Below are positions 9,948 through 19,937 of a stretch of 64,000 bases of DNA, piece by piece. The notes beneath the pieces were generated by a model. It saw only the letters and a list, made by a program, of their open reading frames with translations. It searched no databases and had not been told where the DNA came from. Location: sequence record OP079919.1. The stretch is one strand, 5' to 3'. Every line of letters begins with the position of its first letter. Position 1 is the stretch's first letter. The stretch is from Klebsiella phage KPN8. A program made the position numbers and the translations under genes.

Positions 9948-11462
9948 GTGCTCAGAACGTTTGTAAAAGCAGGGGAAACGTACCGTAACGCTCTTTATCC
10001 TGCAATCATCGAATCCCTTCGTCGGGTTTTAGAATTCTACTCACTGACGGGTATTGACAAAGTGTATTTCAACGGGGACGCGGAAGTCTCCAAGCAACTT
10101 TTTTCTGACCTCGAGAGTGGAGTGCGGGCAGATAGACAAACCGATTTCAAATTAATCAATAAACTCTATATCGTTACTGAAGAACAGCCTTCTGTCTTTA
10201 ACAACGGTTACGGGAATGCCCAGAGAACGATAACCAACAGACCGGTGTGGAAAACGGACGACGATAAAGTTATGATCATCCCTACCTACGATGGAAGAGA
10301 GATCACTGTTGATATTAATGCTCACTTCAGGACAAGGCAAGAAGCCCGTAATTTCCGTAACAGTTTAGAGCAGGCTAGAAATCGTCAGGCTAACGACCTT
10401 AATTTCAACGCCCACGTCCATTACCCGCTGAACCTGGAAATTATCTACTTCCTTACCACCATTCACAAACGGTTAGTGAACGCAGGCCAGGTTACCGATG
10501 AGTTTGCCCCATGGTTCTTTAAGAATGCGTGCATGCCATTCACCACGATAACTAACCCGGCCGGGAATAACACTCAGGTCGTTTTACAACAAAGACGTGA
10601 TGAGATTGGGATATTCTTTGAAGAACCCACTATTGCGTTGACCCGTAAATCCAACGAATATCTGGGTCGGTACGAAGTTTCTTTCCGTTATAAGTTCTAT
10701 TGGAACGAACAGACCGATTGGGACTTGCGTTACCCTCTAATGATCTATCAACAGCCGTTAGATCAAATGTACATGCCTAAACCTCAGTTGGGTTACCGGA
10801 ATGGGTTTAACCCCCATGCTTTTGTAGAGTTAGGTATGATTAACTTGTTGCTGAAAAGCAGGACAAAACATTCACCTTACTATCAGCGAATTCCGGAATA
10901 CGACATGTGGGTTCCACCAGGACAACGTTGGTTAGACACGCAGTTAACAATCGCGATTACGGTTCGAGACGAGGCGAACGTCCCTCTTATTAATATCGTT
11001 AATGATATTCCTAATTGGACCTGGGATGACGACTTCTTGGAACACATGTTAAAGTATCGCGAAAACCTCTTCACCCGCCATGAAGACATTTTCCATATTC
11101 AGGTTTATTCTGACGATATCTTAGTCCTCCCAGAACAGCTCAGTATGGATGAGGAAGGGAACATACTTCTTAATCGTAAACCGACGATGGGTAACGTATA
11201 TCGGGTCGTTATTTTTGTCGACTGTAATTTAAAAGAATTCAGCGATCAAAATAACCAAAACATATTGGACGATGAAAATTATCTCTACGTAGTCATCCCT
11301 AAATTATTCCCTTGGTATAAGTGGGATAAGTTCCCGGTGAATACGTCTAACGACCTTGTCAGGATGATAGACGAATCGGGATTAGGCGATATGGGCGGGT
11401 TAAGAGAGCCAGTGCCAATGTATATGATGAATAACAGCCTAGCGGCCTATAGGGAGAATTAA
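9948..11462 (+). CDS. hypothetical protein (virion module), GTG start
   Basis: 504 aa ORF; no in-frame ATG for about 100 codons; GTG at 9948 preceded by AGAGGA at 7 nt. Confidence 0.65.
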   Translation: MLRTFVKAGETYRNALYPAIIESLRRVLEFYSLTGIDKVYFNGDAEVSKQLFSDLESGVRADRQTDFKLINKLYIVTEEQPSVFNNGYGNAQRTITNRPVWKTDDDKVMIIPTYDGREITVDINAHFRTRQEARNFRNSLEQARNRQANDLNFNAHVHYPLNLEIIYFLTTIHKRLVNAGQVTDEFAPWFFKNACMPFTTITNPAGNNTQVVLQQRRDEIGIFFEEPTIALTRKSNEYLGRYEVSFRYKFYWNEQTDWDLRYPLMIYQQPLDQMYMPKPQLGYRNGFNPHAFVELGMINLLLKSRTKHSPYYQRIPEYDMWVPPGQRWLDTQLTIAITVRDEANVPLINIVNDIPNWTWDDDFLEHMLKYRENLFTRHEDIFHIQVYSDDILVLPEQLSMDEEGNILLNRKPTMGNVYRVVIFVDCNLKEFSDQNNQNILDDENYLYVVIPKLFPWYKWDKFPVNTSNDLVRMIDESGLGDMGGLREPVPMYMMNNSLAAYREN

Positions 11463-11465
11463 GAA

Positions 11466-12761
11466 ATGGGTGTGTTCACTCCAGGTACCGGTGATAATCC
11501 CACCGTAACGACCGCTGAAGGACCTAAGATTTATGCTGATGACTATAAGTCCAGTATCGTCGATTCCGTCTATGTGCACGGGACGAGTTTACTGACTTTT
11601 GTTACAGGTACTCCAGTAAGGACACAATACTACCGCCAATATCTTGGCGCTGATGAAGTTCCTGTCGGACCACAGTTAGACGATATAAACACCTACCAGT
11701 CCTACACTCGAATCAACGACCTCATCATGAAATTCGAGGGTAAGCCGGCGTATTCATTTGACACCGATACCGCCGAATCAACAGAGACGGGTGGAGCTTA
11801 CGTCATTTTTGATCTGAACCCAATTCAGGGTGATGTTTTTATCCGGGATATTGGTGACGGTCGTGCGGGTATTTACGTCGTAGAAGGTCAGCCTGAACTT
11901 CGTAGTTACGCGGCGGATAAAGTCTATTTTATCCAGTTCAAACTCATCGGTTTGATGACCCAAGCTATCGAAGACAATTTTAATAGTAAAGTCGTCAGGG
12001 AATATTACTATTCCAAAGATTCCGCTCTAAACGGCGGGAACGCACTGCTATCTAAAGACCGTTTAGATGGCGTCAAGGAACTGATGCGGCTGTCCTTCGC
12101 CATTACGCAGCAGCTGCTACGTAAGAACTATTTTAACCCTGAAGAAACTATCACGTTTAAGAACGAAGAAGACGGCTTTGTTTATTACGATCCTTACTTG
12201 ACGAGATTCCTTACGTATGTTTTACCTTACCGAGAATTCCTCGGGGTCAAACCGATTAATCTCATCAATACTCAGGTGGGTGTTAAACACAACTATAACG
12301 ACCAGCTTACGGTTTACGACGCGCTTCTCCAAATGAATAAGGATCTGCTCGCCGTTGTACCTCGTAAGATGCACGTTTATTCCCGTCGTCAGTTCTTCGG
12401 AACCCGGACATACGGTTCTCCGTTGATGACGAAAATAGACCGTTTCTATCAGGTGGAGAAACTTGAGTTCGATGGCATTCAGAGACTCAATTTACCCGTT
12501 AACGGTTATATCCTTTATCCTGACCCGGAACCGGGTAGTGAAGAGGATTTCTATTTCAGCAATGGTTTCTTTGACGGCGTTCCGGCTAATGAATTTGAAC
12601 GTTTAACGCTGGACTTTTTCTTTAACAAAGTCAGAGATCGGGACGCGTTGCTGGCGTATGCCAAAACGGTATTAACGTTGCCTGATAAAGATCTGGCTTA
12701 TCAGGGCGGGGTTGTGGTGGCTATGATAGAACTATCCCGCAAAGTTTTAACTGGAGAATAA
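11466..12761 (+). CDS. hypothetical protein (virion module)
   Basis: 431 aa ORF; SD GGGAGA. Confidence 0.8.
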   Translation: MGVFTPGTGDNPTVTTAEGPKIYADDYKSSIVDSVYVHGTSLLTFVTGTPVRTQYYRQYLGADEVPVGPQLDDINTYQSYTRINDLIMKFEGKPAYSFDTDTAESTETGGAYVIFDLNPIQGDVFIRDIGDGRAGIYVVEGQPELRSYAADKVYFIQFKLIGLMTQAIEDNFNSKVVREYYYSKDSALNGGNALLSKDRLDGVKELMRLSFAITQQLLRKNYFNPEETITFKNEEDGFVYYDPYLTRFLTYVLPYREFLGVKPINLINTQVGVKHNYNDQLTVYDALLQMNKDLLAVVPRKMHVYSRRQFFGTRTYGSPLMTKIDRFYQVEKLEFDGIQRLNLPVNGYILYPDPEPGSEEDFYFSNGFFDGVPANEFERLTLDFFFNKVRDRDALLAYAKTVLTLPDKDLAYQGGVVVAMIELSRKVLTGE

Positions 12762-12763
12762 TC

Positions 12764-13426
12764 ATGATCGAGCTCTTTCGTTATAAAGAGATTAGGAAGT
12801 CACTTATTGCCCAACACGACATTATTGTTAATCGCAATTATCGTGTGTCTTTTCCTCGGCAATACTTAATGTCCTTGGATCAATTGGAGAACCGAGAAAT
12901 TGTTCGTATGACGAGTGTGATTGATCCGGATTCGCACACTCGGCCTTCTCCTATGACTGTGACGTTAGAGCGGGTTATCGATATTCTCAAACGACTTCCT
13001 GATAGTAGGATACTCGCGTTTAAACACAGCAGGGACGCTCTGGAGATTTACGAAACTATTCAGGGGTATCTCAACAATTGGATAGAGATCATTTTAGAGG
13101 CCCCCGAATTCTCCTACCCGACGATTCAAGAACTTTATGATTTGGAAAGTGTGGCCAAGTGGGCATTCCCGGTTTATCAACATGAAAAACGCATGATGTC
13201 GTTCAGGGAAAATAGGGATTTCAATAAGCAACAGTTCGCCCATCCTTTGCTAAGCCTGATTGGTGTGTTGAAGTCCGATGACGATGTTCCGTCATTTGTC
13301 TCATTTTTGGATAACCGTCTTCCGGAACACCTTAAAGCCTACCGTAACGAAGAACTCTTCACAGAAGACTTAAAAGAAGTTCTTTCTTTTGATAACTCTT
13401 TATTTGGAATTAAGGGTGGGTTATGA
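12764..13426 (+). CDS. hypothetical protein
   Basis: 220 aa ORF; SD GGAGA. Confidence 0.8.
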   Translation: MIELFRYKEIRKSLIAQHDIIVNRNYRVSFPRQYLMSLDQLENREIVRMTSVIDPDSHTRPSPMTVTLERVIDILKRLPDSRILAFKHSRDALEIYETIQGYLNNWIEIILEAPEFSYPTIQELYDLESVAKWAFPVYQHEKRMMSFRENRDFNKQQFAHPLLSLIGVLKSDDDVPSFVSFLDNRLPEHLKAYRNEELFTEDLKEVLSFDNSLFGIKGGL

Positions 13427-14769
13427 TACCCGTTAATATTAGTAACGTTTTAGAACAGGCGAAGCAGGTTGCTGCAACCAAACGACCGACCATCTCCACA
13501 CTCGAGTTAACCCTCATAACCCCGGAATTACATTACCCCGTTCCTAACGTTCAGAGACTCTCTAAGAGTTCTAATTTCTTGGAGGACGGGACGGATGTTT
13601 GGGTCATTAACTTCTTGATGCAACCAGGGGTTTTCCTAAAACAGATTCTCCCGTACAAAGACAACTTGCTCGTTGACTTAGTGGAGAGTACAGGAATCAA
13701 TAGAACCCTTCGTCGCCTCCGGGCGACAGTTCCAATGGATGTTAACCCTCAAACCAATTCGGATAACAGCGTCTATATCGATCCCGGTGTGTTAGATCAA
13801 AACATGGTAGTTCCCATCACACTTATCTTGATCGATACGGTATACGAGCAGTTACGTAACCAACCACTGCTCGACAACTATTTGATGGCCACGACCAAAG
13901 ACGTTTTGCATAATGTTTGGAGTCAGCAAGGTCACGCCATCCAATCCAACGGGGTTAATAAGTTTAAAGGGGTCGACATTGAAGAACCCACAGATAACCC
14001 CAGGGTTTATCGGCAGATCATGGTCAAGCATGGCACACGTTTGACTCGCTTTGCCGACTATCTTCAGAACGAAGAAGGTTTAGGTATTTATACGCGTGGA
14101 TGTGGGTCGTTTTATCGAGAAGGGATTTGGTACGTATTCCCTATTTGTAAACCGGAAAGATACGGTACGGTGAAGAAATCCTTAGATATTTATAAGTTCC
14201 CAGAGGATATCCTGCCGGTAACGGAACAGACGTACGGAACGACGGCGAACTCCACGTTAATACTTTCTACCGGGCCGTCTAAATTGCTAGACGGTACCGA
14301 TAACCTGAGGCAGAATTTTGGGGCCGGTCAGCAGATCATTTCTTCGGATGCAATCGCGGGAGAAGTTGGTTCGCACTACAACAACGGAGCGAGCGTCACG
14401 CTACGGGCAGAGAAAGTCACGGAGTACAGAACCACCCAACGTGCCTCAGGGCAGGAGCTTATTGACGTCAACGCCACTCCAACCAATAACGTTTTTAAAG
14501 AGATAACTAAAAACGCCATGAGGGACTGCAAGGTACTGGAATTGAATTGGACTAACTCCAATCCTTTTCTCGTTACCCCAGGCGCCCCGGTTAAGTATTA
14601 TTTCCTTAATGAACAAGGAACACTCACTATTCAGGAAGGAACCGTAATATCGGAGAAAACCACGTATTACTCCGATTCAACCAGGCCCCTTACCCCGTTT
14701 AGAAAGAACTCTATCTTAACCATACTCCTGCTCCCTATTCAAAATACCACGATAACCCCGAACAATTAA
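13423..14769 (+). CDS. hypothetical protein (virion module)
   Basis: 448 aa ORF; ATGA overlap with upstream gene. Confidence 0.8.
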   Translation: MIPVNISNVLEQAKQVAATKRPTISTLELTLITPELHYPVPNVQRLSKSSNFLEDGTDVWVINFLMQPGVFLKQILPYKDNLLVDLVESTGINRTLRRLRATVPMDVNPQTNSDNSVYIDPGVLDQNMVVPITLILIDTVYEQLRNQPLLDNYLMATTKDVLHNVWSQQGHAIQSNGVNKFKGVDIEEPTDNPRVYRQIMVKHGTRLTRFADYLQNEEGLGIYTRGCGSFYREGIWYVFPICKPERYGTVKKSLDIYKFPEDILPVTEQTYGTTANSTLILSTGPSKLLDGTDNLRQNFGAGQQIISSDAIAGEVGSHYNNGASVTLRAEKVTEYRTTQRASGQELIDVNATPTNNVFKEITKNAMRDCKVLELNWTNSNPFLVTPGAPVKYYFLNEQGTLTIQEGTVISEKTTYYSDSTRPLTPFRKNSILTILLLPIQNTTITPNN

Positions 14770-14856
14770 AATTCAACATGGAGTTTTTTATAGCACTATA
14801 TAACCGCAGTGTATGAAAAACAAAATGTTATTTTTAATTTAATAGAGGAAATCATC

Positions 14857-15315
14857 ATGAAACGTTTTATCTCTGCGGCTATTCTTTCCGTTATTGCTAT
14901 GAGCGCTACCGCAACTGAAAATACCAACATCTGGGGCTGCGTCACAAATACAGGCAAAGTCGCTAGAGTCGACTTGGTAGAAGGAGCGGGCGGCGTTCAG
15001 GCAGTCTACACGTTCGGTAAGGCCGGGAGCAATCCAGAGCTCTCCGTTGTCAAGAAACCTTCTGACGTTAAGTATACTGAGAAAGAGGCTTACGCCAACG
15101 GTATCTTGCAAACCACGTATTACCAACTGACTTTTAATAACGGACAGTTCAGTTATATCACTGAACAGTTTAACAAGATCGGACGTCTTTATGTGCTCAA
15201 GAACGATAAAGTTATTTCGACCATTGAGTGCGAAGACATTATCGATGCCGGTGTTCTCGATAGCGAAAACATGATCAAGATCTTTCCTTACCATGAAAAG
15301 GTAAAGGATGAATAA
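14857..15315 (+). CDS. small secreted (periplasmic) protein with cleavable Sec signal peptide
   Basis: ATG 14857 preceded by AGAGGAA; N-terminus MKRFISAAILSVIAMSATA-TEN looks like a signal peptide; two Cys (C29, C147 region); own AT-rich upstream region and own terminator. Confidence 0.65.
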   Translation: MKRFISAAILSVIAMSATATENTNIWGCVTNTGKVARVDLVEGAGGVQAVYTFGKAGSNPELSVVKKPSDVKYTEKEAYANGILQTTYYQLTFNNGQFSYITEQFNKIGRLYVLKNDKVISTIECEDIIDAGVLDSENMIKIFPYHEKVKDE

Positions 15316-15319
15316 ACCT

Positions 15320-15369
15320 CCTACCTCCACCCATAAGGGTGGAGGTAGGGCAACCTAATTTATTTTTTT
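15320..15369. terminator. bidirectional rho-independent terminator
   Basis: stem CCTACCTCCACCC/GGGTGGAGGTAGG with loop ATAA then T9 run; sits between convergent genes. Confidence 0.7.
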
Positions 15370-16911
15370 TTATCCTGCAAAATCAAAATCAGGAACTGAT
15401 TCGCCGTTTTCGTCTAACATGTGTTTAAAGGATTTCTTGCCAGTTGGTTTGGTATTAATATCGTGCACCAATCCTAATACCGGGTCTAACGGATGAATCC
15501 AGAATCTATCCGACATCTGAGGACCCTCCCCGCGGATTTTCCCTGCATAAAAGGTGTGGTACGCTTTATCGTCTATTGTTCTGGCAACGTGTATGGTTCC
15601 TTCGAAATCAACTTCGTTAGTAAGTTTAGTCGATCCTTCTGTCATAGACTTACCACCAACTTCTTTAGCGAAGTTGAGTTCTGCATCGTCGTCTGATTCA
15701 CGCAAGAACCGTTTGGCTTCAGGAGACAACTGATGTGGGGTATGGAAAGAAATACCGTGGTTTACGATAAATCCCCTTATGCGCTTGTAAAGGTCCTGAA
15801 GTTTATCAGAACGAGATTCCCCAGCTGTCCCTTTTAAGTTAGCCATAGCCAAGTAATCGTAAGCCCAAACTATGATCTCATGACCTTTCATCTGTAACTT
15901 ACGAATACGGTCAGTCATCTCATAATAGTTATCGTTGACGGGATCGACTCGGTTAATGATTAAGAACCAACCATTCTTCCTAAATCCGTCTGCGATGACT
16001 TGAGCGATGGTTTCCGGGGCTTCTTCTTTAAAGTCACCCTTATGACCGAATTGGTTAACCATGATAAGGCCGTACATACGCTCTATAATGATGTCTAACG
16101 CATCCTCAGCGGAATCCAGTACGATGGTAGGTATCTTAGACTTATCACGCAGCAGAGGTTTATTGTAGAGCCCTATGGAAGCAATGATGTGACTGAGGGT
16201 AAGAGACTTACCACGGTTCGTTAACGCGTTCCACAAATAAAACTTAGAACGTCTAACACCTTGGTCGGGCCCAAACGCTTTGTTCCATCCCTGCATCCCT
16301 AATTTCATTACCCCTTCACTCGAGGATTCTACTTTAGCCCTATTGATGATGTCGACCATCGAACCCAGGTTATCGGTATTGACCTCTTCTACCAAAGCGA
16401 CGTTCTTATCAGCCAATACGGCTTCCGTCAATTTGGTTTCAATCATGTCGGCTATTTTAGCCCACGTGGTTTTATCCGTTTTACTCGGATCACCAAAATA
16501 AAGTTCTTTAATTTCGTTCTTAAAATCTTTATTGAACTTATCATCCCCTACGGCTTTTTTGACTTCTTGAATATGACGATAAACAATTTGCCGTGTTCTT
16601 TCTTCGCTGGGGTAATCTTCTAATCCTGCTTCAATGGCTTTGGTTAACTCAGGCGCGTCTTTCATAAAGTCCATTACTCGTTGAGTGAGCAATGATTTTA
16701 TGATCGGCTCATCTTCGGGTTGAGCTAAAATCCAGTCGATGGTATCGCGAATAGCGGTTTCTATTTTTTTATCCTGCGTGAACAAATCACCTTTAGAAAT
16801 CGGTATTCCATTCAAAAGATCTTTCGCTTCCCCTAACAGAGTGACGTCTTTTATTTTTTTAATTTGGTACATCGCACTGAGAATCTTAACCAGGATCAGT
16901 AACGTGCTCAT
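15370..16911 (-). CDS. SF4 (DnaB-family, T4 gp41-like) replicative helicase-like ATPase
   Basis: Walker-A-like ALTNRGKSLTL (T4 gp41: AGVNVGKSLGL), H1a VLDSAE, H2 IIVWAYDYLAM (DnaB DYLQLM), H3 HTPHQLSPEAKR, H4 MTEGSTKLTNEVDFEGTIHV; motifs recognised by eye, not searched. Confidence 0.55.
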   Translation of the reverse strand: MSTLLILVKILSAMYQIKKIKDVTLLGEAKDLLNGIPISKGDLFTQDKKIETAIRDTIDWILAQPEDEPIIKSLLTQRVMDFMKDAPELTKAIEAGLEDYPSEERTRQIVYRHIQEVKKAVGDDKFNKDFKNEIKELYFGDPSKTDKTTWAKIADMIETKLTEAVLADKNVALVEEVNTDNLGSMVDIINRAKVESSSEGVMKLGMQGWNKAFGPDQGVRRSKFYLWNALTNRGKSLTLSHIIASIGLYNKPLLRDKSKIPTIVLDSAEDALDIIIERMYGLIMVNQFGHKGDFKEEAPETIAQVIADGFRKNGWFLIINRVDPVNDNYYEMTDRIRKLQMKGHEIIVWAYDYLAMANLKGTAGESRSDKLQDLYKRIRGFIVNHGISFHTPHQLSPEAKRFLRESDDDAELNFAKEVGGKSMTEGSTKLTNEVDFEGTIHVARTIDDKAYHTFYAGKIRGEGPQMSDRFWIHPLDPVLGLVHDINTKPTGKKSFKHMLDENGESVPDFDFAG

Positions 16912-16934
16912 TTAAAAACTCCAAGGTGATGATA

Positions 16935-17483
16935 ATGAATTTAATTTTTCAAGAGTCTCCTGACCGCCACCAGGTATGGTTATTAACTAATGATATGGTG
17001 AAAGCGGTTGAGAGATCTCGTATAAGATTCGATCAGTTAAATCGAATCCCAGAATATCGAGATCGTTTTGCGGAATCCGATATTATTGCTATTGCTGTTT
17101 TACAATACAGTATGAGCCTTAAATTGGGTCGTCCGCTCCAGGACGTGTTTGATCCAGACGCTTATGTGGGTGACGAGGGCCTGGTCCTCAAGAGTAAGAT
17201 TAGCAATGTATTAGCAGAACTCCCTCGTCTGACTGTAATAGCGGCGCTGAGTAATCCTGCTCGTTATTACATTAAGAAAGTGGGTAATGACATTATTTTA
17301 TGTCAAGGTGAGCTGGTTAAACCAGACACTAGCTGGACTGAGCTAAACGAATCTCTCTTCACTCACGCATTATTAAAAGGGATTTATAGCCAATACGGCT
17401 ACCATCAATTGCATTTCCGAGAATTGAACCGACCGCAACGAGATAGCTTTACGTTAGCCGACGTTCTCCGCGTATTGTCTTAA
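16935..17483 (+). CDS. hypothetical protein
   Basis: ORF open from GTG 16926; ATG 16935 has AAGGTGA at appropriate spacing; start uncertain. Confidence 0.55.
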   Translation: MNLIFQESPDRHQVWLLTNDMVKAVERSRIRFDQLNRIPEYRDRFAESDIIAIAVLQYSMSLKLGRPLQDVFDPDAYVGDEGLVLKSKISNVLAELPRLTVIAALSNPARYYIKKVGNDIILCQGELVKPDTSWTELNESLFTHALLKGIYSQYGYHQLHFRELNRPQRDSFTLADVLRVLS

Positions 17484-17504
17484 TCCCTGATGCATAAGGG
17501 GTTA

Positions 17505-17545
17505 AGTACATTTTATGTACTAGTGCCGTAAACAAATATTTGTTT
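17505..17545. promoter_or_regulatory. two perfect palindromes in leader of the major virion protein gene (putative operator or RNA structure)
   Basis: AGTACATTTTATGTACT (17505-17521) and AAACAAATATTTGTTT (17530-17545, perfect 16-mer) 27 nt upstream of ATG. Confidence 0.3.
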
Positions 17546-17571
17546 AAAGCTTTGAATAAAGGAAATTATCG

Positions 17572-19758
17572 ATGAAGCGTACAATTAACGTCCGCAAAGG
17601 CTCCACCGCTGTAAAACCCCTGAACCTCGCGATGAGCGACATGTTTAGTCAGGGCGGCTTTAAATCTTTTACTGGTGTTGAAAACCTGGATACTGCGACC
17701 GACCAGTTCAACGCCCTGTTTGCTGGCACCGAGTCACTGGCTAACGGTATTAGCCCAGAGTCTTCCAAACTGCTCAGCAACCTGACCAACTCTCAGCGTT
17801 TCGCGACCATCTCCAGCATCGCGTCGATGCAAAATGCATTCCCGACCATTGATCGTCGCCTGGCTGACTTCGCCGGTACCGAAGGTTTCTCAATGGCACA
17901 GTTTGCCGGTGAGTCCGCTAAAGTTAAAGGCGTGAACATCACTCTGAACGCCCTGTCTCACCGTCAGACTGACGCTGCTGAAGCGCTGTTCACCACCGTC
18001 ACCATCCCGTACGCTGAAGAGTACCTGGAGTTCTCCGTGCGTACTGCCGGCCTGGGTCGTTACATCTACGGTGCTGCTGCTGGCGAACGTGCTTCTGAGC
18101 TGGTACCGGTAATGAGCCTGATCCGCAAAGGTAAAGCCTTCATGGCCGATACCCTGCGCATGTATCCGGTTTATCCGACCGACTCGGCTGACCCGAACCG
18201 TAAATACTTCATGGCTGCGTCTATCGCCGCTGCTACCGAAGCGACCTACGATAGCGCCGATCCGCTGAACCGTCAAGCTCACCAGACCCAATACCTGAAA
18301 GTTCCAGTATCCATTCCGAACCTGGTTGGTCTGTCCGAAGCTCCGGGCCAGAACCCGTTCGAAACTTCTGATGAAGTTGAATCCAACTCCATCCAGATGA
18401 CTAACGTTGCACTGACCGCTAACGTCGGCGCTTCTGGTTCTGCTACCGCAGTTGTACTGCGTATGCCGACCGTGAACATGTCTCAGGCGCATTTCGGTAT
18501 CGCTGCAATGGGTGCTTCTTCTGACGATCGTCAGATGGACTTCCAGGTACAGGGTCTGCCGGCGTCTGCACTGTTCAACATGACCAGCGACACGGTCACT
18601 ACCGCTCTGGATGCACTGAAAGCGAATGGCGCTCAGCCGTTCTTCTCTCTGAGCATCACCGGTACTTACCAGCGTCAGACCAACACCCTGAAAATCCAGG
18701 GCGGCTCTTTCGAACTGGAATACATCAAAGATGCGGCTGGCAACAAACATCTGCCGACCACTTCCAGCGCGACCATCAAAGCTCTGTTCGGCCTGTTCGC
18801 TGATGGCGAAATCGCCGGTGTTGAACTGCGTTACAACCACACCAACATCAACCGTGTGAACTTCGGTTACCGTGTTGAAGTGTTTGACGCACGTAAAACT
18901 CTGACCACTCATCGTCAGACTCCGATCTCTGTTCGCTACCCGGTCAGCAAAGAAGATACCAATGAGGAATCTCTGAGCTACGCGATCGATCAGATGGCGA
19001 TTATCCTGAACGCACAGACCACCGCAAACGCGTTTACCAAAGCTGAAGAGCACGTCGAGTACGTGACCTCCATCAACGGTTCTGCGATCGTGGGTAACGA
19101 ACAGGCGTCCAACGTCCTGGCCGGTATGCACTATGCTAACGCTGCGGCGATCAACCGTACCCTGAAACTGGCTGACATCGTGTCTACCCAGGATAGCGTC
19201 GGTGTGGTCGACAACATCTCTGCGGCACTGTGCAACACCCTGAGCGAAATGGCAGCAGCGCTGGCCACTAACTCCGGTCTGGCTGCTATTGCCGAATACA
19301 CCCGTGAAAAACTGAAATGGCAGGTTGTTGCCCATCAGAACATGGGTCGTTACCTGATGCGTTCTGGCGACGCTCGTACCATGGGTGCGTATACCGACTT
19401 CGCGGTTGAACTGACTAACGTCGAAACCATGATCGGTAAATTCTACCTGGTACCGCAGTCCGAAACCGACGGCAACACCATCGACCCGCTGGGTGGCATG
19501 GGTGTCTGCGTTGATAAAGAGCACGTTGTTGTTCAGGGTGACGTAACCCGTACTGATCGTCAGTTCGGTATCCTGATGACCATGCCGATCTTCCAACACC
19601 ACTCTGTATGTCCGATCGTCGGCGTACTGACTGTTGAAGACGCGGTACTGGCTCTGAACGACGAAGGCCTGATCGACGCTCTGGCTAAACAGCGCGTTGT
19701 GGTTAACGGCGTTGTACAGTCTGAAGTCGACGCTGTAGACGACGGTCAGCTGCCGTAA
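17572..19758 (+). CDS. major virion structural protein, most likely major capsid protein (jumbo-phage size class); sheath is an alternative
   Basis: 728 aa; the most extreme host-optimal codon usage in the window (creates a 570 aa stop-free antisense ORF); SD AAGGAAA; own leader and GC-rich terminator. Confidence 0.5.
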   Translation: MKRTINVRKGSTAVKPLNLAMSDMFSQGGFKSFTGVENLDTATDQFNALFAGTESLANGISPESSKLLSNLTNSQRFATISSIASMQNAFPTIDRRLADFAGTEGFSMAQFAGESAKVKGVNITLNALSHRQTDAAEALFTTVTIPYAEEYLEFSVRTAGLGRYIYGAAAGERASELVPVMSLIRKGKAFMADTLRMYPVYPTDSADPNRKYFMAASIAAATEATYDSADPLNRQAHQTQYLKVPVSIPNLVGLSEAPGQNPFETSDEVESNSIQMTNVALTANVGASGSATAVVLRMPTVNMSQAHFGIAAMGASSDDRQMDFQVQGLPASALFNMTSDTVTTALDALKANGAQPFFSLSITGTYQRQTNTLKIQGGSFELEYIKDAAGNKHLPTTSSATIKALFGLFADGEIAGVELRYNHTNINRVNFGYRVEVFDARKTLTTHRQTPISVRYPVSKEDTNEESLSYAIDQMAIILNAQTTANAFTKAEEHVEYVTSINGSAIVGNEQASNVLAGMHYANAAAINRTLKLADIVSTQDSVGVVDNISAALCNTLSEMAAALATNSGLAAIAEYTREKLKWQVVAHQNMGRYLMRSGDARTMGAYTDFAVELTNVETMIGKFYLVPQSETDGNTIDPLGGMGVCVDKEHVVVQGDVTRTDRQFGILMTMPIFQHHSVCPIVGVLTVEDAVLALNDEGLIDALAKQRVVVNGVVQSEVDAVDDGQLP

Positions 19759-19783
19759 GCAACATTAGTACCGTGAAATAATA

Positions 19784-19815
19784 ACCCCCTACCCTTAACG
19801 GGGTAGGGGGTTATA
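19784..19815 (+). terminator. GC-rich hairpin terminator
   Basis: ACCCCCTACCC/GGGGTAGGGGGT with loop TTAAC, weak U tract (TTATAT). Confidence 0.5.
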
Positions 19816-19937
19816 TGCCCGATCCTTAAATTTTTTAAGAACTATATTATCTCTGGGTAAAGGGTTGGTATAAGGGACCGCGCATCCCATACCAGATGAA
19901 GCTCTAGTCTAAAAATAAACCTTAAGGAAATTAACAA

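Noticed and set aside
17890-19602. 570 aa ORF on minus strand antisense to the 728 aa virion gene
   Set aside because: It is a product of extreme codon bias in the sense gene (third-position G/C-ending optimal codons remove antisense stops). It has no SD, and its protein is low complexity (R/V/G/D/H rich).
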